Shown here: positions 48,457-57,370 of the stretch, piece after piece
Numbering within the stretch: position 1 is the stretch's first letter
Layout: every line of letters starts with the position of its first letter
Virus record (IMG/VR): IMGVR_UViG_3300037067_001693
Origin: an uncultured virus (IMG/VR IMGVR_UViG_3300037067_001693)
Lineage: Duplodnaviria > Heunggongvirae > Uroviricota > Caudoviricetes
Reading direction: 5' to 3' (one strand)
DNA length: 58,711 bases
Position numbers and translations under genes: made by a program
The notes under the pieces: generated by a model
What the model saw: the letters and a program-made list of their open reading frames with translations, nothing else
Told to the model about the DNA's origin: nothing
Databases searched by the model: none

Positions 48457-49071
48457 GAGCATACATGACTGGCCAATGGTCAGTATATGACTGCCGGTCA
48501 GTGGTCTGGATCAGGTTCGGTGTGTACTGGTTATGCAAACCTTGACATATGTAATGCTTGGCATATGCAAACCTTGGCATATGTTAAGAATGGCATAATG
48601 GAGTATTCCGCCCATTGGAGGACCCCCATGAGCCCCCATACCATCCCCTGACCTGTTGAAAGACGAGTGCTTCTTTACACAAAGTAAGTTTTTTAACTTG
48701 CCAATAACTTGAACCAATCATCCAAGAACCTATTGGTGCAGCCAACCATCAAGATTGATCCAAATATTGGACGAATCTTGTTTGAAACCTAATTCCAGCG
48801 ACCCTCAATCACTATTGAAACTCAGAATAGACCTGCCGATCTACACAGAAAAGTTGAAATTTTAACTTGGATTAGTTTACCTTTGTTGAATAATGTTAGA
48901 ACGAAAACGGTCGTCCGTGTTAAAACGGCCATTGGGATACGTGGAACGGGTAATCGTGTCACCACGGCCAACGTCGTGACCCACGGCGGGTGTTTTAACG
49001 GCATATCAACGCCACTAAAATTATAAGGTTGTCTAAGTTGTAAAATAAATGGATATTCTAACATTATTCTC

Positions 49072-49100
49072 TTGACTTCTTCAAAATAAAGTTTTATAGT
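49072..49100 (+). promoter_or_regulatory. sigma70 promoter for the rightward operon
   Basis: TTGACT-17bp-TATAGT, about 45 bp upstream of the first gene. Confidence 0.75.
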
Positions 49101-49145
49101 GCTATTATAAATGAAGTAAATAATTTTAGTATTTACTGGAGTTTG

Positions 49146-51134
49146 ATGGGCATTGCTTCTACCATAGTTAAGAATCTCGCATCCGAAACCGCGCCGACCT
49201 TTGGTAAGTTTGTCGAAGAACAACCGGGTCTGTTCTCCAAACTTGCTGATGTGGTAAGAGGGACTAATTTTGGTAAGATGGACTCGAGGCAGTTGCAGAA
49301 GACCTTGTTGAACAAAGGCGTGACTGTTGATGAGGTCGGGGATACTTTGGGTGGTCTGTCTGGTATGGTTACGAAGGATCAGGTCTTGGGGAGGATTGGT
49401 GAGAGAGGAATTAAGTTTGAGTATAAGATTCTTGGCGCACCAGAAACAAACAAAAATCCTGTCTCGTCAGAAACACTGGATAAAAAGTTTGAGGAATTCT
49501 TTGCAGATGCGTATAGTAATCTTAAATCTGTTGGAACATATAGTGATCTAGAAGCACAACAGTTTGCGCAAAAACAAGCAAGACATAATATAATGAGATG
49601 GAAAGATATTAATTATCCTACAGAATATACTGAGCCAACCCACTTCTCCACCTGGGTCGCCCCCGGAGCCAAAGAGGGATCTTATCGGGAGATGTTTGTT
49701 ACTGCCCCGTCTTTAACAAAAGAAGTAATTAATCCGCCTACACGTGTAAGACTCGGTTTCCCAGAAACAGAACAAGTTAATCAAGTATGGTATGACGGTC
49801 ATGCCGCCTACAACAACATCCAGAACCCCGTGGTCCGAATTCGCTTTAATGATCGTATTATAGGCGGTGACAAGTATGCCTACCAACAAGTTATTGACGA
49901 TATCGCAGACTACAACAGAAGAAATCCTGATAAAGATATTTGGTACCACGGTGGAGATATGCCAGATGCTAGAAACATGGAATCGGGATTTTTTACTAAG
50001 AATATCAATGATGCCATTGACTACGCAAAGGCAAGTGACAGAACTGGAGGAAAAGGTGAAGCCTTTGTCTATGCAGTAGACAGAAATAAAGTTAGACTTG
50101 GCGGGGATATTGATAATCCTCATCTACTCGAGCCCGCAAGGTATGAGAGGGTTTTTGATATTAACAAACCTTCAAAGGGAAAGAAGATCCTCTTTGTTGA
50201 GGAGATTCAGGGTCCGGGTGGGGATCAGAAATATTCCTTCTTAGGACCAAATACTGACGGATCAAAATGGGGTTCTACAGTACATAAGTTTGACACTAAA
50301 GAGGAAGCTGTTCTTGCTGCCAAGAAGATAGGTGTTAATCCATCTGAGGTAGAAAAAGTCATTGAAGGTGAACAAGGTAAGATGCCCCCTGCCCTCCAAG
50401 AGCGTATCTACGACATCGGAGTTAAACGTATCCTGGCCTATGCTAAAGAGAATGGGTATGATGGAGTTGCCTGGACGCCGGGGAAGATGCAAGCGGATCG
50501 GTATTCTTTGTCTAATAAAATAAGTCAATTAACTTATTGGAAAAATGCAGATGGTACTTTTGATCTGGGGATGAAAACACTCGAAGGCAAAACAGTTCCT
50601 GGTATTCCTTCTAAAATACCTCCTGATGAACTTACTCAGTATGTCGGAAAAGATACTGCAAAAAAGATATTATCTGATGAGCTTACACAACCTGTTGGTA
50701 AGGTTGGAATGAGGGAGGGCGGTATAATTAAAGGTCTCGACCTCGAGATAGGTGGAGAGGGTCTAAAGAGTTTGTATGATGTCAGGATTTCTTCTTTGTT
50801 TAAGAAGTATGGGAAGGCTGAGGTTGGGGAGATTAATATAGGCAATACTGCGAAAGAACCTGCTAGTGGTAATGTCATAGGAAAGAAACTTGGCATTCCT
50901 GAAAAGGATATTAGTAACTGGTGGCGAACGTTAAGTCAAGATGACCGAGATAGTCTAATTGAAACTTACTATGCTGAAGGTGTTAAGGTCCCCTACATCC
51001 CTATAACCCCCTCCACTCCAAGTCGTTATCCCATCTACAGCCTTGCCCCCCTGTTCGCAGCGGGTATTGGTGCTAATCAGTTTGGTCCTAAGTACTTTAA
51101 CAGGAACCAACCTGCACAACCAAGGGGGTTCTGA
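49146..51134 (+). CDS. polyvalent-protein-like protein with possible ADP-ribosyltransferase-like insert
   Basis: PGAKEGSYREMF, ILFVEEIQ, KRILAYAKENGYDGVAWTPG; insert WYHG...FFT...AIDYA...FVYAV. Confidence 0.55.
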   Translation: MGIASTIVKNLASETAPTFGKFVEEQPGLFSKLADVVRGTNFGKMDSRQLQKTLLNKGVTVDEVGDTLGGLSGMVTKDQVLGRIGERGIKFEYKILGAPETNKNPVSSETLDKKFEEFFADAYSNLKSVGTYSDLEAQQFAQKQARHNIMRWKDINYPTEYTEPTHFSTWVAPGAKEGSYREMFVTAPSLTKEVINPPTRVRLGFPETEQVNQVWYDGHAAYNNIQNPVVRIRFNDRIIGGDKYAYQQVIDDIADYNRRNPDKDIWYHGGDMPDARNMESGFFTKNINDAIDYAKASDRTGGKGEAFVYAVDRNKVRLGGDIDNPHLLEPARYERVFDINKPSKGKKILFVEEIQGPGGDQKYSFLGPNTDGSKWGSTVHKFDTKEEAVLAAKKIGVNPSEVEKVIEGEQGKMPPALQERIYDIGVKRILAYAKENGYDGVAWTPGKMQADRYSLSNKISQLTYWKNADGTFDLGMKTLEGKTVPGIPSKIPPDELTQYVGKDTAKKILSDELTQPVGKVGMREGGIIKGLDLEIGGEGLKSLYDVRISSLFKKYGKAEVGEINIGNTAKEPASGNVIGKKLGIPEKDISNWWRTLSQDDRDSLIETYYAEGVKVPYIPITPSTPSRYPIYSLAPLFAAGIGANQFGPKYFNRNQPAQPRGF

Positions 51135-51135
51135 G

Positions 51136-51600
51136 ATGGGAAGGCCTAAGAAGGAATTAGATCTTGATATCTTATTCGATTTCGCTTCTCAGGGGATGAT
51201 CCAGCGAGATCAGGCTAAGGAGTTGGGTATCTCAGTCCCGACCCTCACTAAGCGAATTGCGGATATTCAAAGTAAACATGACCTTATACTACAATACAGG
51301 ACCCTTCAGTCTCTGCAACTCACTGAATTGCAAGCACGAGTGCTTGAGGCCATCACACCTGATAAGATAGAAGAAGCAGGGTTGAAGGATCTTGTATTGT
51401 GTTATAAGATTTTGAAGGATAAAGAACTGGTGGTCGAGGGAAAGCCTACCGAGATCAAGGGTCTTGTGGCTCACCTTATCCACCTTGAACAGCAGGAGAT
51501 GGCTTCTCAGCATGTTGCACAAATCCCAGATACCTTCGATGATGCTGAGTTCGAAGATTTGGAGAGGGACGGGGATAAAATACCGGAGTTAACGACTTAG
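51136..51600 (+). CDS. terS: terminase small subunit (putative)
   Basis: MGRPKKELD start, HTH QRDQAKELGISVPTL, EGKPTEI; upstream of terL. Confidence 0.65.
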   Translation: MGRPKKELDLDILFDFASQGMIQRDQAKELGISVPTLTKRIADIQSKHDLILQYRTLQSLQLTELQARVLEAITPDKIEEAGLKDLVLCYKILKDKELVVEGKPTEIKGLVAHLIHLEQQEMASQHVAQIPDTFDDAEFEDLERDGDKIPELTT

Positions 51601-51671
51601 AAGTTTAAAGGGCAGGGAGACTGACCTTATCTTTGGAGCGTCCTCTTGCAGGGCTAAAAGGAGATTAAAGA

Positions 51672-51959
51672 ATGGAAGATCATGCAGGATTGTTGGATGT
51701 TAGGATTAGGGCTATCCAAGAAGTAACTTATGAAATTTTGATTAAAGGTGCTTACAAGGCCACAAAGTTTCTTAGTCCTAAGATGACTGTTAAGGCGACA
51801 AGAAAGAGGTATGATAAGAAGATCTGGCATGATGAGAAACAGATGCAGATTATGCTTACTATTGGACCTCCTAACTATGAAGAGCGGGAGATGCTGAAAA
51901 GGGCAAAGAAGGTTAGCAGTGCACCTGTTGACTTAGTTATTAAACACGAAAAGAAATAG
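51672..51959 (+). CDS. hypothetical basic protein
   Basis: 95 aa, AAGGAG RBS; KATKFLSPK..VKATR..TIGPPNYEERE. Confidence 0.6.
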   Translation: MEDHAGLLDVRIRAIQEVTYEILIKGAYKATKFLSPKMTVKATRKRYDKKIWHDEKQMQIMLTIGPPNYEEREMLKRAKKVSSAPVDLVIKHEKK

Positions 51960-51993
51960 TTAAGGCATCTCCCTGCCTACTTAAAGGTGCATT

Positions 51994-52098
51994 ATGCTAG
52001 GATTTCCTAATAAAAGTGAGTTAATATTTGTGTTACTTACATTACTGTCATTTTGTCTGGCATCTGCTTTTATTATTTTGAACTTATTTAGGAACTAA
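51994..52098 (+). CDS. 34-aa single-TM peptide (not in the ORF track)
   Basis: MLGFPNKSELIFVLLTLLSFCLASAFIILNLFRN; AAGGTG RBS; stop abuts the terL ATG. Confidence 0.5.
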   Translation: MLGFPNKSELIFVLLTLLSFCLASAFIILNLFRN

Positions 52099-53583
52099 AT
52101 GACTGAACTGAATAAAGGAGTTCTGAAGAAGTTAGCAGAGTGGAAAAACAGTCCACTTCAGTTCGTCTCGGATTGTATCCAGGTGACACCTTCAGAGCAA
52201 CAGATTGAACTCCTCATAGCAGTTAGAGAAGGAAAACGTATCAGTGTGCATAGTGGTCATGGAACTGGAAAGGATGCCTCAGTGAGTTGGATAATCCTAT
52301 GGTTCCTTACCACCCGGCCCTTTGCTAAGGTTGTTTGTACAGCTCCAACGGCGCATCAGTTGGCAGATATTTTGTGGGCGGAATTGTCAAAGTGGCTTAG
52401 ACGATCTACCTTGGCAGATGAGTTTGTTGTACAGAAAGATAAGATCTTCCAGAAGGATGCACCGAAAGAGTGGTGGTGTAGAGCGATTTCTGTTAGTGCC
52501 AAGGCTTCTAAAGAGGAACAGGCAGAGACGTTAGCCGGTCTTCATGCTGACCATCTTTTAATAGTGTGTGATGAGTCAAGTGGTATTCCCGATCCTGTCT
52601 TTATCCCCCTTGAAGGTGCCTTAACCCAACCTGATAATAAGACTATCTTGATTGGGAATGTGACTAAGGGACAAGGGTATTTCTTTGATACCCACTATCA
52701 CAATGAAATTAAGAAGGACTGGATAAGACTTCATTGGGACTCTAGAAAGAGTACTAATGTTGACCCTGCCTATCCTGACTACATGGCAAGAAAGTACGGA
52801 ATTAACTCTAACATTTACAGAATTCGTGTTGAAGGATTACCTCCTCTGGCAGACGATACAACCCTTATTCCCCTCTACACTGCGGAACAGTGTATTGGAA
52901 ATGACTTTGAAGTGGCAGATGATGAACCCTTATATCTAGGTGTAGATGTTGCTCGGTTTGGGTCCGATGATTCCGTTATACTGCCAAGAAGAGGTAATCT
53001 TATCAGTCCTTGGGAACGCTTCAACGGTCTTAATACCATCTCCCTGGGTGGATTTATTCTGCAGTCTTACCAAGAGATGGAAGCTGCTGGATGCGCAATA
53101 GATGTTATAGGTGTTGGAGCTGGTGTTTCAGACTGGTTGTTTAAACACAATCTGCGAAACCTATATCAGGTAAATGTTACCGAGGCATCCATTGGACTAG
53201 AAAAGTTTGATCGTTTACGCGACCAGTTGTGGTGTGCAGTTAGAGATAAGTGTGCACTTGGTATTTACAGTTTTCCTGACATAAAGAACCCTGACGACAC
53301 AGAGTCTTTGGGACAACAACTGGCTAATGAGTTGGGATCTGTCAGGTATGACTTCAACTCCCACGGTGGTATTAAGGTGGAGTCAAAGAAGGAACTTAAG
53401 GCCCGAGGCATTGCCAGTCCGAATATCGCAGATGCACTTTGTCTGTCTGAATACTTCTCAAACATCTCAACTAAGGTGTTTAAAAAAGCGAAATCTGAGA
53501 AAAGTAAGGTAATTAGGCCTTGGCAATTTAACGGAAGTAAAGGATCTGGGCGAGTTCGAAGCCAGAGGTGGATGGCTATTTAA
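52099..53583 (+). CDS. terL: terminase large subunit
   Basis: SGHGTGKD Walker A, LIVCDES Walker B, LGVDVARFGSD nuclease motif, SPNIADAL. Confidence 0.95.
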   Translation: MTELNKGVLKKLAEWKNSPLQFVSDCIQVTPSEQQIELLIAVREGKRISVHSGHGTGKDASVSWIILWFLTTRPFAKVVCTAPTAHQLADILWAELSKWLRRSTLADEFVVQKDKIFQKDAPKEWWCRAISVSAKASKEEQAETLAGLHADHLLIVCDESSGIPDPVFIPLEGALTQPDNKTILIGNVTKGQGYFFDTHYHNEIKKDWIRLHWDSRKSTNVDPAYPDYMARKYGINSNIYRIRVEGLPPLADDTTLIPLYTAEQCIGNDFEVADDEPLYLGVDVARFGSDDSVILPRRGNLISPWERFNGLNTISLGGFILQSYQEMEAAGCAIDVIGVGAGVSDWLFKHNLRNLYQVNVTEASIGLEKFDRLRDQLWCAVRDKCALGIYSFPDIKNPDDTESLGQQLANELGSVRYDFNSHGGIKVESKKELKARGIASPNIADALCLSEYFSNISTKVFKKAKSEKSKVIRPWQFNGSKGSGRVRSQRWMAI

Positions 53584-53633
53584 GATCCGTCCAATAAATG
53601 TACGAAACTTGAAAACATAACAGGAGAGAGGCA

Positions 53634-53996
53634 ATGGCTGGCAAAATATCAGATTTCATAATTCAGAAACTAATGGCCTCGGAGCAGAAACCTCAGCAGT
53701 CACAGGAAATTCCCTCCCCTGAGGCTACTGCAGGTACTGCTCCGGGTCCTTCCCAAGGCCAACCTGCTATGATGCCCCCGCCTCAAGGTGGAGGTCAGGG
53801 TGGAGTTGATCCTTTGACTGACGAAATCGCTAAAAAACTTGCAATCCTGGAAGGTGATCCTGCACAGAAGTACCAGATACTCGTGCAGTTGATTCCGCAG
53901 ATTGCGGAAGCTTTCATGATGCGAGCGCAGCAGGAGCAGCAAGGTGGACAGGGTAGCGGGTATGATGTTCAGTCTGGTGGGATGGGACAGCCTTAA
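53634..53996 (+). CDS. Q/P/G-rich hypothetical protein
   Basis: 120 aa, low complexity, GGAGAGAGG RBS. Confidence 0.55.
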   Translation: MAGKISDFIIQKLMASEQKPQQSQEIPSPEATAGTAPGPSQGQPAMMPPPQGGGQGGVDPLTDEIAKKLAILEGDPAQKYQILVQLIPQIAEAFMMRAQQEQQGGQGSGYDVQSGGMGQP

Positions 53997-54052
53997 TAAT
54001 TGACCTTGTGTTGTCTCTTTTGAAACGGCGCTACCTGATTTGGTAAGGTAAT

Positions 54053-54442
54053 ATGACAGAACAAGATATACAAAAATTGAAGCAATCTTTAGGCAACAGC
54101 AGTAAACCACTGTTTGTAGCGCAGTTTTGCAGAAAGTGCAAAAGTACTAAGAAGATTGCTAATCATCATATTACCTATATACCAGAAAAGACTGCACCTT
54201 TGTGCTCGCATTGCCACGCTAAGATAACTGTGTTAAATACAGTAACATCTATTGTTACTGGTACTAACAAAGAGAATGATCTTGAACAGTGTAATATTAA
54301 CAGAAAGAAAGTCTGGAGATGGTTTCTTAGAAAAAGACGTACTATTTCTATCTCAGATGTTCTGGATTTTCTTTGTGTTGACTACGACTTTACAGATGAA
54401 CAGATTGATTATATTACCTATTCTGGCGCACGTTGTCTTTAA
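54053..54442 (+). CDS. HNH-like zinc-binding protein
   Basis: CRKC...HHITY...LCSHCHAK. Confidence 0.6.
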   Translation: MTEQDIQKLKQSLGNSSKPLFVAQFCRKCKSTKKIANHHITYIPEKTAPLCSHCHAKITVLNTVTSIVTGTNKENDLEQCNINRKKVWRWFLRKRRTISISDVLDFLCVDYDFTDEQIDYITYSGARCL

Positions 54443-54454
54443 CAGAGGTATAAG

Positions 54455-54649
54455 ATGCCATTCAAGATGGTTAAAAGAAGAGGCGGTTACACAGTGAGTT
54501 CACCCAATAGTGTTCACGGTAGAAACATGACTGAAAAGAACGCAAAGAGTCAGATTAAGTTGTTGAACGCTGTGGAACATAATCCTGAATTTGCTGCGAT
54601 GCTTAGGAAGGGTAAGGGAAAGTCTAGTGTTGCGAGGCCTACAAGCTAA
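54455..54649 (+). CDS. small basic phage protein
   Basis: MPFKMVK...AKSQIKLLNAVEH motif; TAATG coupling to the portal gene. Confidence 0.6.
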   Translation: MPFKMVKRRGGYTVSSPNSVHGRNMTEKNAKSQIKLLNAVEHNPEFAAMLRKGKGKSSVARPTS

Positions 54650-56745
54650 TGAACATTATTGATGATAGTGCAATAATTAAACAGGCTAATTCTGACGGAA
54701 CAGATGATGATGTAAAACTGTTGAATAAGATGATGGAGTGGCTTCACTCAGCAGAGACAACTACGTCTGAGTCTGATTGGCGTGAGTTGGCCAAAGAGTC
54801 TTACGATTTTTACAGTGGTAAGCAGGATACGCAAGAGGTTCTTGATCTTCTCGAAGAGCAGAATCGTACTGCTACTGTATATAACGAGACCAAGCCTAAG
54901 GTTGATATGCTGATAGGATTGGCATCTCAGAATCGTAAAGCACCTATGGTGTTTCCTGTTGAGACTAATGATGCTGCACTTGCAGAAATTGCTAATGGAG
55001 CTTTTAAGCATTTTAGGCGTACTGCAAGAGTTGCAAGGAATGAGATTGAATGTTTTGAGCATATGGCTAAAGCAGGACGTGCACTTCTTCATTTTTATAC
55101 TGCAGGCGATGATCCTTATGCACCTGAGATAAAGAGCAAGAGAATTCATGGAAGAGACTTCTGGCTTGATCCTCTTTCAGTTGAATATGATATGTCTGAT
55201 GCGAGGTTTCTATTTGTTGATAAATACTTTTCGAAGGATGATCTTGAATACTTTTTTCCGGATCTTAAAGCAGACGATATTAAGACGTTTTCTCAGGATA
55301 ATCCGGAGAGTCCATCGTTCTATTCGCAAGAACGAGATATGTATCGTGTCACTGAGTGTTGGTACAGGAAGATTGAAAAAGTCCATTGGGTTAAGAATCC
55401 CTTGACCAGACGAAGTGAACCACTAACAGTGAAAGAGTATGCTGACTTTAAAAAGAAGATTAAAGAAGGTATTACACTTCCTAATGGACAACAACTTCAG
55501 GCTGACCAATTTCCTTCTATTGAGAAGGTGAGAAAGACTATTCATTATGCAATCTTTTCTAATACAAAGGTGATTAAGAACGAAGCATCTCCTTATAAAC
55601 ATGGAGAATTTCCCTACATCCTTTTTGGAGCTTACAAAGACGACGATACAAATTGCTGGTTTGGTGCTATTGAAGCGATGAAAGATCCTCAAAGAGGGAT
55701 CAATGTCATGAGGAGACAGCTTCAGCATCTTCTTCAGACTGCCCCAAAAGGTATCTTCATGCATGAAGTTGGTGCAGTTATTGATATTGAAGGTTATGAA
55801 AACAGGTCATCCGAACCTAACTTTCATATGGAGTTAGCACAGGGAGCACTTACAAAGGGACAAGTCAAGTTCAGTGAACAACCTCAAATCAGTCCTGTCT
55901 ACGCACAGTTGATTAGTCTCGATACTCAGACAATGAAGGATGCATCTGGTATTCAAGACTCTTTAATGGGTCAACAGACCTCCTCCAGAGAACCTGGGGT
56001 GACGGTTAGGATGAGGCAAGAGACTGGTCTTGCTGTGTTGTTTATCATTTTTGATAATTATAGAGAATCGCGGATGCAGGCAGGACGACAACTTCTTTCA
56101 CTTATGCAACAGTATATAACAGACGAACAACTTATCCGAATCGAAGGTGAAGAAGGTGCAAAGCTTACTCAGATCAACTCACAGAAAGACCCCAACGCTC
56201 CTGGATTTAACGATATATCTGTTGGTAAGTATGACTTGGTCATTGATGAAGCTGTGGAAAACCAAACAATGCGTATGGCTACGGCGCAAATGCTTACTGA
56301 TTACAGCCAGAATAATCCCGGAACCATTCCTCCTGACTTGATTATGGAGTATTCCGATCTTCCATTAACTGCTATTACTAAGGTTAAAGAGTATAGTAAA
56401 ATGATGATGGAAAGAGAGGAACGTATTAAGATGGCATCTGTACAGGCAGATCAGCAATCACAACAGGCAAAGTTGGAATTGGAAAAGATGGCTCTGGATA
56501 TTAAGATTCAGATCGCGTCTATGGACGGAAATATTAAACTGCTAGTGGCTAGTCTTCAGAACGAAACACAGAAAGAAATTAGTGAAGATCAGTTGATTGT
56601 GCAGCATGGTGAACATTTGAATACACTGGAACACCAAAGAGAAATGCTTGATTCACAGTTGGGTGTGGGACATAAAGAACATCTTGATACTCTGGAACAT
56701 CAGAAGGAAATGCAGAGTAAAAAAGGAGGATCTGAAAATGTCTAA
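54649..56745 (+). CDS. portal protein (P22-like)
   Basis: FYSGKQ, YNETKPKVD, DMSDARF, VTECWYR, PYKHGEFPY, KDPQR..N, GKYDLVID; coiled-coil barrel; follows terL. Confidence 0.9.
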   Translation: MNIIDDSAIIKQANSDGTDDDVKLLNKMMEWLHSAETTTSESDWRELAKESYDFYSGKQDTQEVLDLLEEQNRTATVYNETKPKVDMLIGLASQNRKAPMVFPVETNDAALAEIANGAFKHFRRTARVARNEIECFEHMAKAGRALLHFYTAGDDPYAPEIKSKRIHGRDFWLDPLSVEYDMSDARFLFVDKYFSKDDLEYFFPDLKADDIKTFSQDNPESPSFYSQERDMYRVTECWYRKIEKVHWVKNPLTRRSEPLTVKEYADFKKKIKEGITLPNGQQLQADQFPSIEKVRKTIHYAIFSNTKVIKNEASPYKHGEFPYILFGAYKDDDTNCWFGAIEAMKDPQRGINVMRRQLQHLLQTAPKGIFMHEVGAVIDIEGYENRSSEPNFHMELAQGALTKGQVKFSEQPQISPVYAQLISLDTQTMKDASGIQDSLMGQQTSSREPGVTVRMRQETGLAVLFIIFDNYRESRMQAGRQLLSLMQQYITDEQLIRIEGEEGAKLTQINSQKDPNAPGFNDISVGKYDLVIDEAVENQTMRMATAQMLTDYSQNNPGTIPPDLIMEYSDLPLTAITKVKEYSKMMMEREERIKMASVQADQQSQQAKLELEKMALDIKIQIASMDGNIKLLVASLQNETQKEISEDQLIVQHGEHLNTLEHQREMLDSQLGVGHKEHLDTLEHQKEMQSKKGGSENV

Positions 56746-56797
56746 GTGCGGAAGTGGTGGAACGAAGAGTAAAGGTACTAAGAAACCAAGTAAATGA
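56738..56797 (+). CDS. 19-aa Lys/Gly-rich peptide (not in the ORF track)
   Basis: MSKCGSGGTKSKGTKKPSK with AGGAGG RBS, overlapping the portal stop. Confidence 0.4.
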   Translation: MSKCGSGGTKSKGTKKPSK

Positions 56798-56878
56798 ATA
56801 ATATAGGGGATAGGTTGATCACCGAAAACTGGAAATCCTACCAGCTTCCCCTCTAAAACTTTAGGAATATATTGGAGG

Positions 56879-57370
56879 ATGAATATGAAAGAAATTAAAG
56901 TTGGTTGTAGAGGACATATTGCACTGGTAGATGACGAAGATTTTGAATACTTAAATCAGTTTAATTGGCATCTTTTGAACGAGAAAAAAGGTAATTGGTA
57001 TGCTTATAGATGGGAAGGAAGTGAAAGAATTCATATGCATAGAGAGTTAATGAATACTCCTGTTGATATGATAGTAGATCATAAGAATGATAAAGGTTAT
57101 GATAACCAAAGAAAAAATATGAGAAATTGTACACATAGTCAGAATCACCAAAATCAATTAAGTCGAAATCCTAAAGGAAAAGGTGTTGGACTTGATAAAA
57201 GAGATGGTACTTACTATGCGTATATAAAAGGTAGTAAAAAGAAGCGCATAAGTTTAGGGCGTTTTAAAACTGCGATAGAAGCAGCAATTGCTTATAATAA
57301 AGCAGCAATAGAGTTATTTGGTGAGTTTGCAAGACTAAACGTAATAGAAGAGGGGGAGGGAATAGTATGA
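56879..57370 (+). CDS. HNH-AP2 homing endonuclease
   Basis: VDDEDFEYLNQFNW, MHRELM, VDHKN..GYDNQ, LGRFKTAIEAAIAYN. Confidence 0.9.
   Translation: MNMKEIKVGCRGHIALVDDEDFEYLNQFNWHLLNEKKGNWYAYRWEGSERIHMHRELMNTPVDMIVDHKNDKGYDNQRKNMRNCTHSQNHQNQLSRNPKGKGVGLDKRDGTYYAYIKGSKKKRISLGRFKTAIEAAIAYNKAAIELFGEFARLNVIEEGEGIV

Larger units (their letters stand above)
7407..53610. repeat. dispersed 29-bp imperfect palindrome, 14 copies
   Basis: Consensus about AAGAWTCGTCCAAT-N-ATTGGACGAWTCTT; copies start at 7407, 7449, 18482, 23227, 27638, 28765, 36523, 38263, 42412, 42622, 45841, 46964, 48751, 53582. Confidence 0.85.

Noticed and set aside
56610..56712. EHLxTLEHQxEM duplication at the portal C-terminus
   Set aside because: Short repeats are ordinary in the coiled-coil barrel of P22-like portals.
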